DNA from: Mobula hypostoma
Taxonomy: Eukaryota
Length of the DNA stretch: 64,000 bases
Assembly (NCBI RefSeq): GCF_963921235.1
Contig: NC_086097.1
Coordinates: 115,074,001-115,138,000, forward strand
Direction of reading: 5' to 3'
Notes under the pieces: generated by a model
The model's database searches: none
What the model was told of the DNA's origin: nothing
The model's input: only the letters and a program-made list of their open reading frames with translations
Part shown: piece after piece, positions 63,071-64,000 of the stretch
Layout: every line of letters begins with the position of its first letter
Position numbering within the stretch: position 1 is the first letter of the stretch
Made by a program: the position numbers and the translations under genes

Positions 63071-64000
63071 GCCTGTACCTTTGAGATAGAGGTTCCAAGA
63101 TGGCGCCAAGCTGTGACGCCCATTAAGGTCATGGTTTGGTTTCAGTTGTTTATATGTGCTTTTCTGGGATTGGTAGGGATGGATTTGTGGATAGAGTGGG
63201 TAGGTAGGTCTCAGATTAGCCTCTTTAGGGGCAGGAATATGGGTGAAGTAGAGGACAAGCTTCTCTGCACTATGTTCGAAGGACAGTAGGAGATTTGCAG
63301 GTTGGGCTGGGATATCCGGCTGACAGAGCAGCATTGATGAAAAGGCTTCATCAATGAGGCATTCAGATTTCCCCAGGATCAGGAAGTTGCCAGCAGGATT
63401 CGGAGTTAAAGCTCCAAGCAGGCCAGAGGAATGAGTTCCGATCACCCACTGGGTTCATGAATCAGTGAAGCCTGAGTTCAAGGCCTAGTTTTTGGCGTCC
63501 CGTCATTGGCAAGTCTGGAGCTAAGGCCTGCTGTTAAGTGATCCATGGGTCCTGTGGTCAATGCCAATGATGGAGACCGGAGGGCTGAATAAGAAATCAG
63601 GAAGTTGAGGCCTGTTGGCTGGAGTCCCGGGTTTGCAAATTTCTGCAAGTTGCTAGGGTAGTCCAAAACCCTTGTCTGCATGTCCAAGTCTGTTGGAGGC
63701 TGAAGAATGCGGGGTTTCTTGTGGTTAGAGGACGGTGTATGTATGAGATTGGGAGGACAGAATGAGGTTTGTTTCTCTGCTGTTTTTTGGTGTGTGTTGT
63801 GTAAAGGACAAAGCTGAAGGTTAAAGTTCAGGGCTCAGCAAGTCCAGAGGTTGAGGCCCGAAAGTTGATTCTGTAATTCTGATGGAAGGTTGGAGGCTTG
63901 ATGTCAGAGAGTCTGGGGCCAAGGTGGTGGCTTGTCCTGGTGATGGAGGTCTGTCTGTGGGAAATGGGCTATTGACATCTTGTTTTGTTCTGTTTTTGCT

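Overview
Eukaryotic, repeat-saturated vertebrate DNA. The repeat families (HER1/CR1-like LINEs, HE1/V-SINE-like SINEs, abundant Penelope-like elements) suggest a cartilaginous fish such as a ray or shark; this is an inference. I recognised no intact spliced host gene, so the window is probably intergenic or intronic. It holds nested CR1, RTE, Rex1/Babar and HERO-like LINE fragments, Penelope-like elements carrying minimal hammerhead ribozymes, hAT and Tc1-like MITEs, two solo LTRs, and a full-length but decayed Tf1/sushi chromovirus (27529-32927). The standout is a complete Mag-like Ty3/Gypsy LTR element (34195-37522, two LTRs, PBS, PPT, 5-bp TSD ACATG). Its RT/RNaseH/integrase region is replaced by an intronless copy of the host SUDS3 mRNA (Sin3-HDAC corepressor subunit SDS3), fused in frame behind gag and protease. 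The ancestral element therefore appears to have encoded a Gag-PR-SDS3 polyprotein.
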